Assembly (NCBI RefSeq): GCF_006345805.1
Contig: NC_043007.1
Span: 8,494,001-8,558,000, forward strand
DNA length: 64,000 bases
Source of the DNA: Octopus sinensis
Lineage: Eukaryota
Direction: 5' to 3'
Shown: piece after piece, positions 37,901 through 52,412 of the stretch
How positions within the stretch are numbered: the first letter of the stretch is position 1
Layout: every line of letters starts with the position of its first letter
Position numbers and translations under genes: made by a program
The notes under the pieces: generated by a model
What the model was told of the DNA's origin: nothing
What the model saw: only the letters and a program-made list of their open reading frames with translations
Databases searched by the model: none

Positions 37901-40900
37901 ATATTTTACCAATTCCCTTTTCACAGAATTTGCAATCAATAAAAAAAAAAAAAGAAAAGAGAAAAAGGCATCTACTATAATCAAACAACAGCCAATTTTG
38001 TGCAACAATTTATAATCTCAATTTTCTTATACTCCTCCATCCAGCATACACCTCCTTCTTCATGCTTCACAATTTAGTGCCTCTGTGTTAAATTTTTAAA
38101 GAAATTACAGAAGAACATAAGGACTTCTATAACAACATTATATTGGACCTTAGAAGACCCAGCAAACCAAGTGAGACCATAACCCGTGGCCTATGCCAGT
38201 GGTGTATAACCAGCCCACTTATGAGTACCCTTCATTCATTTAACAAAAAACTTTGCTTGTGAAGACTTGTTGAAGTAAGTGAAATCAAAATCACTGATAT
38301 GGCCGTTGAAAGTACCGCCTGATTGGCACTCGTGACAGTGGAACGTTAAAAGCACCATTTGAGTGTGATCGTTGCCAGTGTCGCTTTACTGGCACATGAA
38401 AACATTTGAGCGAGGTCATTGCCAGTACCATTGGACTGGTTTCTGTGCAGGTGGTACATGAAAAACAACTTTTGAGTGTGGTCATTGCCAGTGCCGCCTG
38501 ACTAGCCCTCGTGCTGGTGGCACATAAAAGACACCCACTACACTCTCGGAGTGGTTGGCATTAGGAAGGGCATCCAGCTGTAGAAACTTTGCCAGATCAG
38601 ATTGGAGCCTGATGCAGCCTTCTGGCTCACCACACTTCAAACCGTCAAACCCATGCCAGCATGGAAAGCAGACATTAAACGACAATGGTGATGAGTACAT
38701 CATCAGTCATGTTCTCCTCATTCATAACATTGTCCTGCTATTCCAATTTTCAAAGATTATTATTTTTTTAATGTTTTGAATAAGTATTGTACCTGGTTGA
38801 AATATTTCATTTCTAAGAAAAATCACAATTCCCTTTAACCCTTTTGTTACTAATCCGGCCGTACCTGGCCGAAAAATGTTTTGGTTCATAATACCAACCC
38901 AACCGTACCCAGCCAAGAGAACCTATTGTTATTTAAATGTAAATTTGAACCCAAATCTCGTTGGTACATTCGTTAAAACATGCGATTTCACTTTGTAAAT
39001 AGTTGGCTTATAGTATCCGACATTGCTTGACCTGATATCTGAACTCAGTGAATTTTGGGAGATTTTTTTCCACATTTTTTTCGGCATCGACTTTTCTTCA
39101 ACTTTGAAAATGGATATGAGTTTCATGTTATCAAGCATTGATTCCAAATTTAAAGCTTTTTCAACGGAAAATAGGGAGATATCGAGAAAAAGAATGAATG
39201 AGGTCTTAAAGCACGTGGTGTACAATAATGAATAGGATATTTTTTTATTTGTTAACCGAAATCAGCGATTCCGAAGAAACAAAGTGGCGATGGCGACAGC
39301 AAAGACGATTTTACATTGGAATGAAGTAAAAAACTTTAAAAATGTTTTTATTAGCAATTTTTCTGAGGAGATAGTTTATCTATAGTCTTTCTTAGGAAGC
39401 GAAACCATTAGACTTTATTTTTTTCAGTATGCTTGTTTGGAGTGATCACTGCGGAAACAAACTGTTACGCAGAATGTAAACAAACACAAAATGGGGGATC
39501 AAAGTTCGGAAAATTTGTGAAGCAAAATACTGAGTACTGCGGTGGATTTAGTTTTTATACAGGGAAAATAATGTTAGTCGGCATGGCCTAGGGAACGATG
39601 TGGTCTGGAATTTATCACTTCCATACCATAACCAGGGCCGTATATTATTTTTTGACCGATTTCTTTAGTTCGGTCAAACTTGCGGTGGATTCCAGTATTT
39701 CAGTTTATTCCACCTTTATGGTACACCTGTTGTGCATTAAATTCAACTGATGATCTAGTGATGTGCACAATTCTTCTTTATCAAAATTTTGTTGCATACC
39801 CATTTGAATATTAGCTGATGATTCATTTTCTATGGTGATGTTTAAACAAATTTTAATATTTTTACTTTTTGCTCAATTTACCTGGATTTACCTGTAATTA
39901 AAGTCACTTTGAGACAAAAGTTATGCAATAGAATTGATTAAGAACCCTTTCTTTAATTATGTTCCAAATATCACATTAATATGTTGATAAGTAAAAAAGT
40001 TACAGTTATTTAATGAAACAAGCCTAAATTCATGATTATTTTAGAATTTAATTGAAACTCATGAGGGGTGTATTTTGGTCAGAAATATAGTAACGAAAGG
40101 GTTAAACAACCAGCACCTTCCCCCAGAGGCAGTGTTACTACCCAGATTAATGACAGATGATTAAGATATCTGTGTTGTCTGACGGATGAAATAATAGAGA
40201 AAGAATATATTAAGAAAAACTCAGAAACTTACACAGATTAGATTAAAGAAATTGCCCCAGTCTTCTACGGTTTCAACAATCATTGAGTTCAAGCTTTTAC
40301 GGAGAAGCTTTATGGACCAGTCCCAGAAGTTCATTATCTGAAAATAGAGGAGATAAAGCACAGAACTTAAATATTTCATTGGTCTTCAGCTGAGACACAA
40401 AAAGTCAATGAAAATAAATTATTCTTTCTTTATTGACTGTAAAAACATTTAAGACAATAAAAAAGAAAGCAGGGATTTATATATAGAAACAGGTCAACAA
40501 TAAAAATCAACAATAATTTACAAAAAAATTCCCCCCCTTAAGGGGAGAAACATGACCCAGGGGCACCCAAGGAACTCCACATGTTTCAAGTCACCATACT
40601 CACAAAGTAAGTGCTCCTCCTCTCTCTCAGCCAACAGGTACCAGCTTAAAGTAGGCCCATCCGCATCACATTCATTAGATAGCTGCACACCCCTCTCAAC
40701 CGTCACCATCTTTTTCAAATGCAAGTTTGAATGCATTTCAAAAAAATGTTGAGGTCTTGGTTGGAGAGGCAAATGTCTGTCTCCACTCTTTTCAGCCTCA
40801 TCCACTAAACAGCCTCTGTCACCATAGAACCAGACAGATGAAAACTGCCTGCCCTTCCTCATCAAAGAAAAGCAGTGGGACAGTCTTGACAATGGAGACA

Positions 40901-40949
40901 CCCAATAGCCAGATCCGTCCTACATGTAACAGGTGTTCAACATTAAAAT

Positions 40950-40980
<31 letters not shown>

Positions 40981-42692
40981 GTTTCAAATTTTGGCACAAG
41001 GCCAGCAATTTCGGGGGAGGTGGGTAAGTTGATTACACCAACCTTCACTGGTTCTTGACTTTATCAAGCGTGAAAGGATGAAAGTCAAAGTTGACCTGGG
41101 CAGTATTTCTGCTGTTACTGCTGCTACTACTACTACTAATGATAATAATATTAATAATGATAATAATGATTTCAAATTTTGGGAGAGGGGATGAATTGAT
41201 TACATTGACCCCAGTGCATAACTGGTACTTATTTCATCAACCCTGAAAGGATGGAAGGCAAAGCTGACCTTTGCGGAATTTGAACTCAGAATGAAGCTAT
41301 GGGCAAAATACTGCAAGATCGTTTTGTCCAGCATGCTAATGATTCTGCCAGCTTGCCATATTATTATTATTATTAACTAGCATTATGACCCGGTATAAAT
41401 TTATATAGTTTGGTATAAATTTGTTAAATTAAAAATTTGGGGTAATAAAACATACAATGCCATATTAAAAAGACGAATTAAAATTCCAGAGAAAAATACA
41501 TAGAAGATAAGTATACAAATTTACAAAAATACATAAAAGTTCATCAATTAATATGAAACATATATATTTAAAATTGACACTCTCCTCGTCAGGATGCGTT
41601 TTACACACAACACATAGTACACAGAAACAAATGCACAATTACATACCTGCTACATGCGAAAGACCAGACATTACGTACTCCCCAAAATTCTCATAGATAC
41701 TGAATGCTACTTTATAAGCATATAATTCAATCTAGCAGCTATAGTAAATGGCATGCGCACAGCTCCATCTGGACTAATTCACCTCTGCACTCAAATTTTT
41801 AATCTTTTAATTTCTCCCATTCATGCAAAGCCACATATTCGAGTTCAAGTCCTTGATACATTTTATACTAATTGCTATTTTTTCTTTTAATTGTTATATT
41901 ACGATTTAATTACCATTTTAATAAAATAAAATATATGTAATTACTACTTACTATATTTACTATATTTAATTCAATTGTTATTATTACCTCTGACTTTTAT
42001 TGCAATTTTTATTTCTAAATTTCTTATGGAACGTCGAGTGGATCTTATCATCATCATCGTTTAACGTCCGTTTTCCACACTAGCACGGGTTGGACGGTTC
42101 GACCGGGGTCTGGGAAGGCAGGGGCTGCGCCAGGCTCCAGTCTGATCTGGCAGTGTTTCTACAGCTGGATGCCCTTCCTAACGCCAACCACTCCGCGAGT
42201 GTAGTGGATGCTTTTTACGTGCCACGGGAGTCTGGCATCGGCCACGATTGGATGGTGCTTTTAACGTGCCACCGGCACAGAAGCCAGTCAAGGCAGTGCT
42301 GGCATCGGCCACGTTCGGATGGTGCTTTTTATGTGCCACCGGCACAGAAGCCAGTCGAGGCGGCACTGGCATCGGCCACGTTCGGATGGTGCTTTTTATG
42401 TGCCACTGGCACAGAAGCCAGTCGAGGCGGCACTGGCATCGGCCACATTCAGATGGTGCTTTTTACGTGCCACTGGCACAGAAGCCAGTCGAGGCGGCAC
42501 TGGCATCGGCCACGTTCGGATGGTGCTTTTTATGTGGCATACAATATATTTTTATATGATGTTTATATATTTATATATTACTATATATTTCCAAACGTCG
42601 GGCTTTATGTCTGTTCTGTAGATATAAATGAATATATGAATATGTGTATGTGTTTGATCTTTCTGTGGATTGTGTAATGCTCTTGTAGTTGC

Positions 42693-42731
<39 letters not shown>

Positions 42732-45700
42732 GCATCCATATACATACAATAGAGAGATGTTTTTGTTTCACTTTTAACATGTAATACTGAAATAGTGGAG
42801 AAGATATGATATTGCTGTGGGCTTGCTCTAGACAAGAAGTTAAACATTTTTTTTGCCCATGACACTACATGGACCCTAAGTAAGGCATGTGTAAAATTTG
42901 AATGAAATTGGTTGTGTAGTTCTCAAGTTTTAGGGAAACAGACAGACATACAGACATTCTCAGTTTTATATATACAGAGATAATAATAATGCCCTAATGC
43001 AGTACCAGGCAATGGCTCTCGTGGCTTCTAATCTTAACTGATTGAGAGTGTTATTATGTACATTGTTTTGTCTTGGTATAAAAGATGGGCTACAGCAAAT
43101 ATTCTGCTCAATACCAGATTTCCTAGTCAGTTGTTTGACCATAACCAGTTGCGCATGTCCCTCACCTGCAATGTCATGCACTGTTTATTTTAATATGAGA
43201 TCACCAGGTCATGCACATATGGTTGTGATGCATGTGTCTGGTATACCCATATGAGACGGGTAGTCATGATGAGTATACTGGGCTTTGTATATTTGTACCC
43301 CAACATCACTTTGATGGCGTGTGCAGCTCTGTCACTCAATAATAATATAAAAAAAAACAACAGAAAATGAAAGAAAACAAAAAGCAAACTACCTTTTCAT
43401 AAGGCCAATGTTTCATTCCTTGGATGATGCCAGCCAAAATTTCTAATGCACACCTGTGGTGGCTCTCTCTTGTCACAAGGTTTGTTTCGGCTAATAATTT
43501 CTCAATTTCTGGTTTTAATAACTCAAGGAAAGAATCACCAAAATTTCTGAATAAACCCTGAATAAGATGGAAATAAAATTAACCGCATGACACAATTTTA
43601 CAAATACTTTTCTTTACATTGATTTTAAGTTACAAAAGATATACAAAAACAAAAAAACACCATACACATATATGACATTGATGGCCATTAGAAAAATGTA
43701 TACACACAGACAGATACAAATACAAACATACACACCATTATCATCATCATCATTTAACGTCTGTTGTCCATGCTGGCATGGGTTGGACGGTTTGACGGGC
43801 TGGCAAGGCTGGAAGGCTACACCAGACTTCAGTCTGATTTGGCATGGTTTCTACGGCTGGATGCCCTTCCAAATGCCAACCACTCTCACTCAGAGTGTAA
43901 TGAGTGTTTTCATACACACACACACACACACATTATAATTGAATATATTTTATTTCAGTTATAATGTATTAAAGAATACCCTACATTTGCATTGAGTCCT
44001 GTAATTTATTGTTTCTGGTGAATCAGAGATTTATATATATATACACACACTTGTGTGTGTGTGTAAATGAATGTCACTGGCATACAAGCAGTGCCAATCG
44101 TTTCCAATATTTTGCAAAAATATGTCATTTCTAGCTGTGGGCATAGATTACCTTGCTTGGAAACGGGTGAGGATAGGTGATAGCAAGGGCATCCAACTGT
44201 AGAAAATGTTCTGCAATAAACTCCATCTGACCCATGCAAGAATAAAAAAGTGAACATTAAAACAATGATGATGAAGCATACATCCATCTCACCTTAATGA
44301 AAGCCACATGTTTCTGTTTAAATTTATCTTTCCCTTTCTGTTCTTCAAGAGCAAGGAAACCAATAAACTTCTGAATGTAATCTTTAGACATCCAAAAGTC
44401 ATAGATGCACTTCTCTGTTTCATCCAACTCTTCTCGTACCCGTTCCACATTTGGTTGCTCCTTGTAAGGGGCATAGGTAAACATTTCACTAAAAAGAAGA
44501 CCGAAAATTCAATTAACAAACAAATTACTTGATATTTTATTTTTTCTGAGAAGCTTTTTGATGCTCACAACATTTAATACACTAACTTTATTGTATTTTT
44601 CATGTAAATGTAATGTAAGTATAATTTTTTTCTGAACATGTCTATTTTTTTTTTCTATGCCAGCCATTGTACTTTCTGGTGCAATTTGCTGATGGTTCTC
44701 TCATCACTACTTTTGTAAATGCAGTGAAGATCTATGGTTTTTTCCTATGGAGGTCCAATAAGGCTGAAATACTTCCCGAGTTGTCTCCTATTCTTACTGA
44801 AAGAATCCAAATAATACTGATTCATACCACTGGTACAAGGTCAAACAATTTTAAGGTGAGGGTACACATGATTAAACCACCCTCCAGTACTTGGCTGCTA
44901 CTTTATTTTATCAACCATGGAAGGAAGAAAGTTCCTATCCCTCTAAGGTCAATTTTCCCTAATTACATGAAGGGCTGTAACTAAATACTGGAGAGATATT
45001 TTTCTGATGATATAATAATTCTGCCTCTATTAACCAATGACTTATACCATTTCATAGTAATCACTGGAATATTTTCTAATTAGTTTTTTGATGCTCATCA
45101 GATTCCTTTGCTAACAGAGAGGCCTTTATGATAATTAGAGTTGTGCAATCAACTACCAACGCATTGTATTAGCATCTAAGACATGTAAACTGAATGTATC
45201 AAACCTCAGGCAGGAGCAATGAGACCGTACGTGACAAAGTTGTCCCTTTGAATGACAGGAATGGTTCATTTGATGGGTTTCTGCAATGTTTCTCTTGCAA
45301 GACACATGTTGATCTCAGGGAATGGTAAAAGGCTCTGAAGATGTCCCAGAGTGGTATGAATTCACAACATTGGGATTACAAAACAAAACTTTTCCCATAC
45401 TCAGCCACGCAATCCTTGATGCTTGCTAAATTTAGCACACTTAAACTAATTAAGCTATTCAAATTGATAGATTAAAAATTAATATGTAATAGCATTGACT
45501 TGTATGAGAAGAAATTTCACAGAATAATGTTGACAATGTTGATATTGTTTAGCCCAGCTGGGCTTTGATCCCGCATATCTTGGATCAAAAGTGTTACAGC
45601 TGTGATCATCTCTTTTTTACGACAATGTTTCTAGGTCTACACTATACAATGTGTCCTTTCATTTTTAAGACATTGGGATATAATTTATGGGAAATTCAAT

Positions 45701-48700
45701 GGCTATTTCTAGCAGGCTGATTGACAGCAAAGTGGATTCAGATATCATGCAAATACGTAAGTATCACATAATGTCTTAATCCACATGTGCATGGCTGAGT
45801 GGTAAAAGTATCAGGCTCACAATCACGAGGTAGTGAATTCGATTCCTGGATTGGGCTGTGTTTTGTGTTCTTGAGCAAGACACTTTATATCCTGTTACTC
45901 CAGTTCACTCGGCTGTAGAAATGAGCTGTGATACTCTGCTGCCAAGCTGTATCAGCCTTTGCCTTTCCCTTAGATAACATCGGTAGTGTGGAGAGGGAAT
46001 GGCTGGTATGCATGAGTGACTGCCGGTCTTCCTCAAACAACCTTGCCTGGATTCATGCCTTGGAGAAGTACGTTCTAGGTGCAATCCCATGGTCATTCAT
46101 GACTGAAGGAGGCCTTTTACTTTTTTAAAGGCACCACCCAAGGGGCTAGAAGTGGTATTAAACCAGGTTTCATCAAATTAGGTCTACTTTGCAAAAATTC
46201 CTACAAACCCCAAAAGTTCTTAAAAAATTCAAATCAAAAAAGTAAATGTCACTTACACAGGCCAACAGTAGAACCCAAAATGGGTTTTTTCAACAAAAAC
46301 AGTCTCATTCCAAGCTTCTTTAGTTCTTGGCAGTTTTCTTTCACAATATGTAAGCCAATTGTTATCATCACGGCAACAAGGTATGAATTCCAAGTCATTG
46401 GCTTTGGATGGAGAACATCCAGCCAATTCTTTTACATTGATTTTGGTGCTTTTGTGCTTTCTTTTCATTAGTTTAAAAATACCAACCATTGAAAGTAAAC
46501 ATATCTGTAATAAACAACACAAGGAATGTTCCATTAGAAATTAGAATTTCAGGATTTTTAACTGTTTTTCTTCAAATTAAAGATCAATAATTTTGTAAAT
46601 GCGTCTTCAAATCAAATTTGCAAAAACTTGTCCGCAGAAATATGTTTAAAAGAGTAATCTGTCATTTTATCTACAACTAACTGAGCAATCTGTTATGCTC
46701 TGGGGCCTCTTTTCTCATACTTTAAACTCTCATCTCCTAGCATATAGCTGCCTGCTCAAAGTTTGTAGTCTTGCAAGCTGCAGTATGGTAGCCTCATTAG
46801 ACCTGGTGTCACGAAAATGAAGCACCTGTTACACATTGTAAAGTGGTTGACATTAAGAAGAGCATGTAGCCATAGAAACGATGTCAAAGTAGACATTAGA
46901 GTACAATGTTGTCCTTGGACTCATCAGATCCTGTTAACTCATGCCAGCATGGAACACAGACATTAAATGATAATGATGAGCAACATAGTAGAAGGGTATG
47001 TTGGAGAATTGGTTGCTGTTTCTAACATGCCAAGCTACCACATAGAGGTCTTGCTTGTTGGTTCACACCCACACGTTTAGTTTTGCTAACCTGGCATCCA
47101 AGAGACCTGGGTAATGCCAGATTATCAAATATCATTAATGAAACTATAGTTTTTAATTATCTCAATGTCTGTTCAGTACTTTTCACTGAACAAATTAAGT
47201 TTATGAATGCCTTGTCGTATTTTAAGTTTTTAAACTACTCAGCTGTGAACACAGTTGTCCATAATACCCAAACTTCAGCATAATTGCTTGACATTTTCAA
47301 TGCCAGTTGATCCTGAAATTGGTTTATCCTCGGATTTCTTAGCATTAAACTACTTCACAAATACTAGGGCCTCACAGAGGAAATGACAAAAGACAGAGAC
47401 CTCTGGAGATATGTTGTGACTGAGAAAACCCGACAAATAGAGTGAGTTCACAGCTGTAATCTACACCAGTGTTGCATAACCAGCGAACTCAAAAGTACCT
47501 TGGATTGTAGGGCGATGTGCTGTGCTTGAGGAGACCTATTGCGTCAAGTACATCAACATCAAATCACAATCAAATGGAAATTGTAGTTGTGGTCCCCGTG
47601 CCATTGGCATGTAAAAAGCACCATCCAAATGTGGTCGATGCCAGCCCCCTCGCCTTGACTGGCTTCCGTGCCGGTGACATGTAAAAAGCACCGTCCAAAG
47701 TGGCCGATGCCAACACCGCCTTGACTGTCTCCTGTACTGGTGGCACATAAAAAGCACCATCTGATCGTGGTTGATGCCAGCCCCCTCTGGCCCCTGTGCT
47801 GGTGGCATGTAAAAAGCACCCACTACACTCTCAGAGTGGTTGACATTAGGAAGGGCATCCAGCTGTAGAAACATTGCCAGATAAGACTGGAGTCTGGTAC
47901 AGCCTCCTGGCTTTCCAGACCCCAGTCGAACCGTCCAACCCATGCCAGCATGGAAAATGGACATTAAATGATGATGATGATGATGATGTCCTTTGTCTTA
48001 ATATAATAAATTGTTAAAAGAGCGACTGTGTTTCACTCATACTCAGTAGCATTCTAGTTTTTACTCTTTTACAAATGCTGTATTCTTTCAATTTCTGGGT
48101 GCAATGAGAGAGTTACAAGCTTTCTTCGTACATCTTCCCCAACTTGGTTAATCTTATTGCCATTGGAAAACATTTTCACGAACAGATGGACAATACGAAA
48201 GTAGATAAAAGACAAGTTCAACTGCTGCAGTTCTTTTCATCTTAAGTGTAAACAAGGAATGGAGTGAGGTTGACAGCCAGCAAATGGCGCTTGTGCGGAA
48301 AGAAATACTGTAAAACAATAGCAAAATGCAATAAAAGATGCTAGACAATCAAGCTTGCGAGATGTTTTGGACACTGCATGAGGGAGATTTGGTTTCCTGT
48401 TGACATGCATGATAAAAGTAGCCTGGGATTACACTATTTAAAGAGGACTTCTTTTGGCACTACTTTTAATGTCTTCACAGCATAAACATACACAATTGTT
48501 GTTGCTATTTATAGTTTCATATTGAAGCTGTTTGTCAATAATCTTTGATGTACATTCATTCAATTTTGTATTCACTTACTGGTTTCACTGTGGTTCTTGC
48601 TGTTGTTTAGGACCAAGTCAGTCAGAAAATTATAGTTTTCCATAACATAAACTGCTGAATGACCACAATGTTCCTTTGATAGAACATGAAGATTTTACAA

Positions 48701-50353
48701 CTTACACTGCTAAAATTCAAAAGATAACTTTCAAACTTTGAGAAGAGTTACGAGTGACAAAACTTATAAAAACACTCACCACTTGCAGCTCGTCTACTCT
48801 CAGATCTGCTCTCTTTTTTCTTTAGCATACATCAACTTTACCCAGTGTAGTTTATACAGTAGTAATAATAAACGTGTCTAAACTCCCACTTATCCATTAC
48901 AATACTACAAAAAGGTATTACATGTATGTGTTATTATTCTTTCCCGGCTTGAAAATAGGTGTGTGTGCATATTATACAAGAATAAATGCAGCAATGTGCA
49001 TTTCTCACAAAACAATGAACCCACTCAAAGCCAAAGCAAGATGCAGCACTGCATAAACACATACGAAATGTGCCTCTGTATGCACCAAAATGCACCACTA
49101 TATTAAGGCACATAAAAGCCAAAATATCAACAAGTAAAGGAGAGCAAAGATCACAGTTAAAGAAAATATTAACGCATGTTTTTTGTGTGAGCAACTACAA
49201 TTAAATTCTTGCCAGAAAGAAAAAAAAATTTTTATTTATTAAACTTTTTTTCCAATAAAAATCAGTGATGAAAAAAAAAAACAACATCGTTTGCTTATTA
49301 CAATTTTTGATGACATCTGTGAATCTTTTATTTACTGAAAGCTTACTTGACTGAAAAAATATGCATTCTTGTTGGAGAGAATTATTTTACAGCATTTTAG
49401 CCAATCAACAAGATGACCCAATGTTAAACAGATATGAAAAATTGTTCTGTATTGTTAGCTTTCTAATCATGCTTCTCTCTTATGTGCACTGAGCCATACG
49501 GAGTAAATTTGCTTGCAAGCAGATAGAACAAGTTTGAGTCCTTGTTCAATAGGATTACAATCCGGATCTACATTTTATACAGGGAAGATTAGGGTTGCTA
49601 TCCTCTTGGATGTTGACGTTTAGAAACAAAACAGCAAAGGAAATAAACAGAATGGTAATAAGCCACACTCAAGATCATTCCTACATATGCCACCATGGGG
49701 GAACTAAATGAATTGAACGAGGATTCTACAGCAGAAGATAAATCCTTCTTTATATATTTATATAATACGGACACACATTCCAATACATACACACACAGAT
49801 CAATATATATATATACACACATATATATATATGCACACACACATATACATATACACAATACATATATATGTGTGTGTGTATAAATATATCTACATATGTG
49901 TGTGAAAAGTGGTTAGCACTTGGAGGGGCATAAAAACCAGCCATAAAATCCCTGCCAAAACAGGCAGAGTAGCCTGGGGTAGTCTTCTACCTGGCCAGCT
50001 CCCTAACCATGCATGCATGGAAGATGGATGCTAAACGATGACTTGTGCATGTATGTATATATAAATATAAGTATGTGTGTGTATATATATGTTTGTGTAA
50101 TGGACAAACGATTCTACAACCTCTCTGTCGGTATATCTACCCTCTTTATAATGTTAGCAAACGAAATGGAAATAAGTATATGTATTGTCCCTTTGATGGA
50201 AGACTTCTATAAATGGCTGAAGATTGCTCAACATTTTATTTTAAAACTGATGTAATACTTACAATGTTTAATAAAATGATGTAGCATGAAACGATCATAC
50301 AAAATTACCGAAGATATACTTTTGCTTATTTTGATTATATATATATATATATA

Positions 50354-50384
<31 letters not shown>

Positions 50385-50836
50385 CACATGTATGTATCAT
50401 CATTATCATCATCATCGTTTAACGTCCGCTTTCCATGCTAGCATGGGTTACACATGTATCTATATGTATTCCTTTATTTGTTTGTCATTTGACTGCGGCC
50501 GTGCAGGAGCACCGCCTTTAGTCGAACAAATCAACCCCAGGATTTATTCTTTGTAAGCCTAGTACTTATTCTATTGGTCTCTTTTGCTGAATCGCTATGT
50601 TACGGGGACATAAACACACCAACATCGGTTGTCAAGTGATGGTGGTGGGACAAACAGAGACAAACAAACAGAAACATATATATATATACGACAGGCTTCT
50701 TTCGGCTTCCGTCTACGAAATCCACTCACAATGCTTTGGTCACCCTGAGGCTATAGTAGAAGACACTTGCTCAAGGTGCCTCACCTGGAACCATGTGGTT
50801 GGGAAGCAAGCTGTTTACCACACAGCCACTCCTGTG

Positions 50837-50875
<39 letters not shown>

Positions 50876-51592
50876 GCACACACATATATATATATAAATT
50901 TAGAAATATATATATACACAGTCAGTTGGTGAGAGCTAAATAAGCTGAGTATAGATAACACAGAGTAGAGCTCAGATGAATAAGAAATTAAATTCCAAGT
51001 TCTTCTTCATCTAGGGCAAGGTTCATGGCAACACGAATGGCTATAAGAGAAATCAAAATCAAGTTGTTAGGGAGGTAGTATGGTACAAAAACACTGGCAA
51101 ACGTGATACATTTACTTACAAGGAGAACAACAATACAGAGTAGAAATAATTTATATAGAGAGAAACCTTATCTTAACAGTTGTTTCAGAAAGTCTAGAGT
51201 TACATAATAACCGTAATTTACAGGTGATGTGCATAATGCCATAGGTATGTAATCTATGACCAATCAGATGAAATTATTCAAGTAAGCCTGACTTTCCCTT
51301 TGAAGAGATTGCCAATATTTTCGTGAAAAAGGAAGCCAGGATTCCTGTAATAATGTCATCTGACTAGTCATTGGTTGCATACCTGTGACATTATGCACAT
51401 GTTACCTGTAAATTATAGTCATTATATAATGCTTGGCCTCCTGTAACAGCTGTTGAAATAAACCAATACATAACTTCTCTCTCTTTTACTCTCTGTGAAT
51501 GCTGGGGCATTCTGTATTTTTTTTTTTTTTGTGCTCCTTGAAAATATATGCATCGAGCCTTACTGATCATGTGTGTATCTCTCTCTCTCTAT

Positions 51593-51630
<38 letters not shown>

Positions 51631-52334
51631 CGCACACACATATATATATATAAATTTAGAAATATATATATACACAGTCAGTTGGTGAGAGCTAAATAAG
51701 CTGAGTATAGATAACACAGAGTAGAGCTCAGATGAATAAGAAATTAAATTCCAAGTTCTTCTTCATCTAGGGCAAGGTTCATGGCAACACGAATGGCTAT
51801 AAGAGAAATCAAAATCAAGTTGTTAGGGAGGTAGTATGGTACAAAAACACTGGCAAACGTGATACATTTACTTACAAGGAGAACAACAATACAGAGTAGA
51901 AATAATTTATATAGAGAGAAACCTTATCTTAACAGTTGTTTCAGAAAGTCTAGAGTTACATAATAACCGTAATTTACAGGTGATGTGCATAATGCCATAG
52001 GTATGTAATCTATGACCAATCAGATGAAATTATTCAAGTAAGCCTGACTTTCCCTTTGAAGAGATTGCCAATATTTTCGTGAAAAAGGAAGCCAGGATTC
52101 CTGTAATAATGTCATCTGACTAGTCATTGGTTGCATACCTGTGACATTATGCACATGTTACCTGTAAATTATAGTTATTATATAATGCTTGGCCTCCTGT
52201 AACAGCTGTTGAAATAAACCAATACATAACTTCTCTCTCTTTTACTCTCTGTGAATGCTGGGGCATTCTGTATTTTTTTTTTTTTTTGTGCTCCTTGAAA
52301 ATATATGCATCGAGCCTTACTGATCATGTGTGTA

Positions 52335-52412
<78 letters not shown>

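Larger units (their letters stand above)
41376..42981 (+). mobile_element. Helentron/DINE-like non-autonomous element interrupted by a family C insertion
   Basis: 5' ACTAGCATTATGACCCGG; 3' AAATTTGAATGAAATTGG..AGTTCTCAAGTTT..(ACAG)n..TTTTATATATACAGA, typical of HINE/DINE-like ends. Confidence 0.45.

Noticed and set aside
42234-42540. CRISPR-like regular array
   Set aside because: Units are contiguous with no unique spacers, lie inside a dispersed retroelement, and the context is eukaryotic with no cas genes
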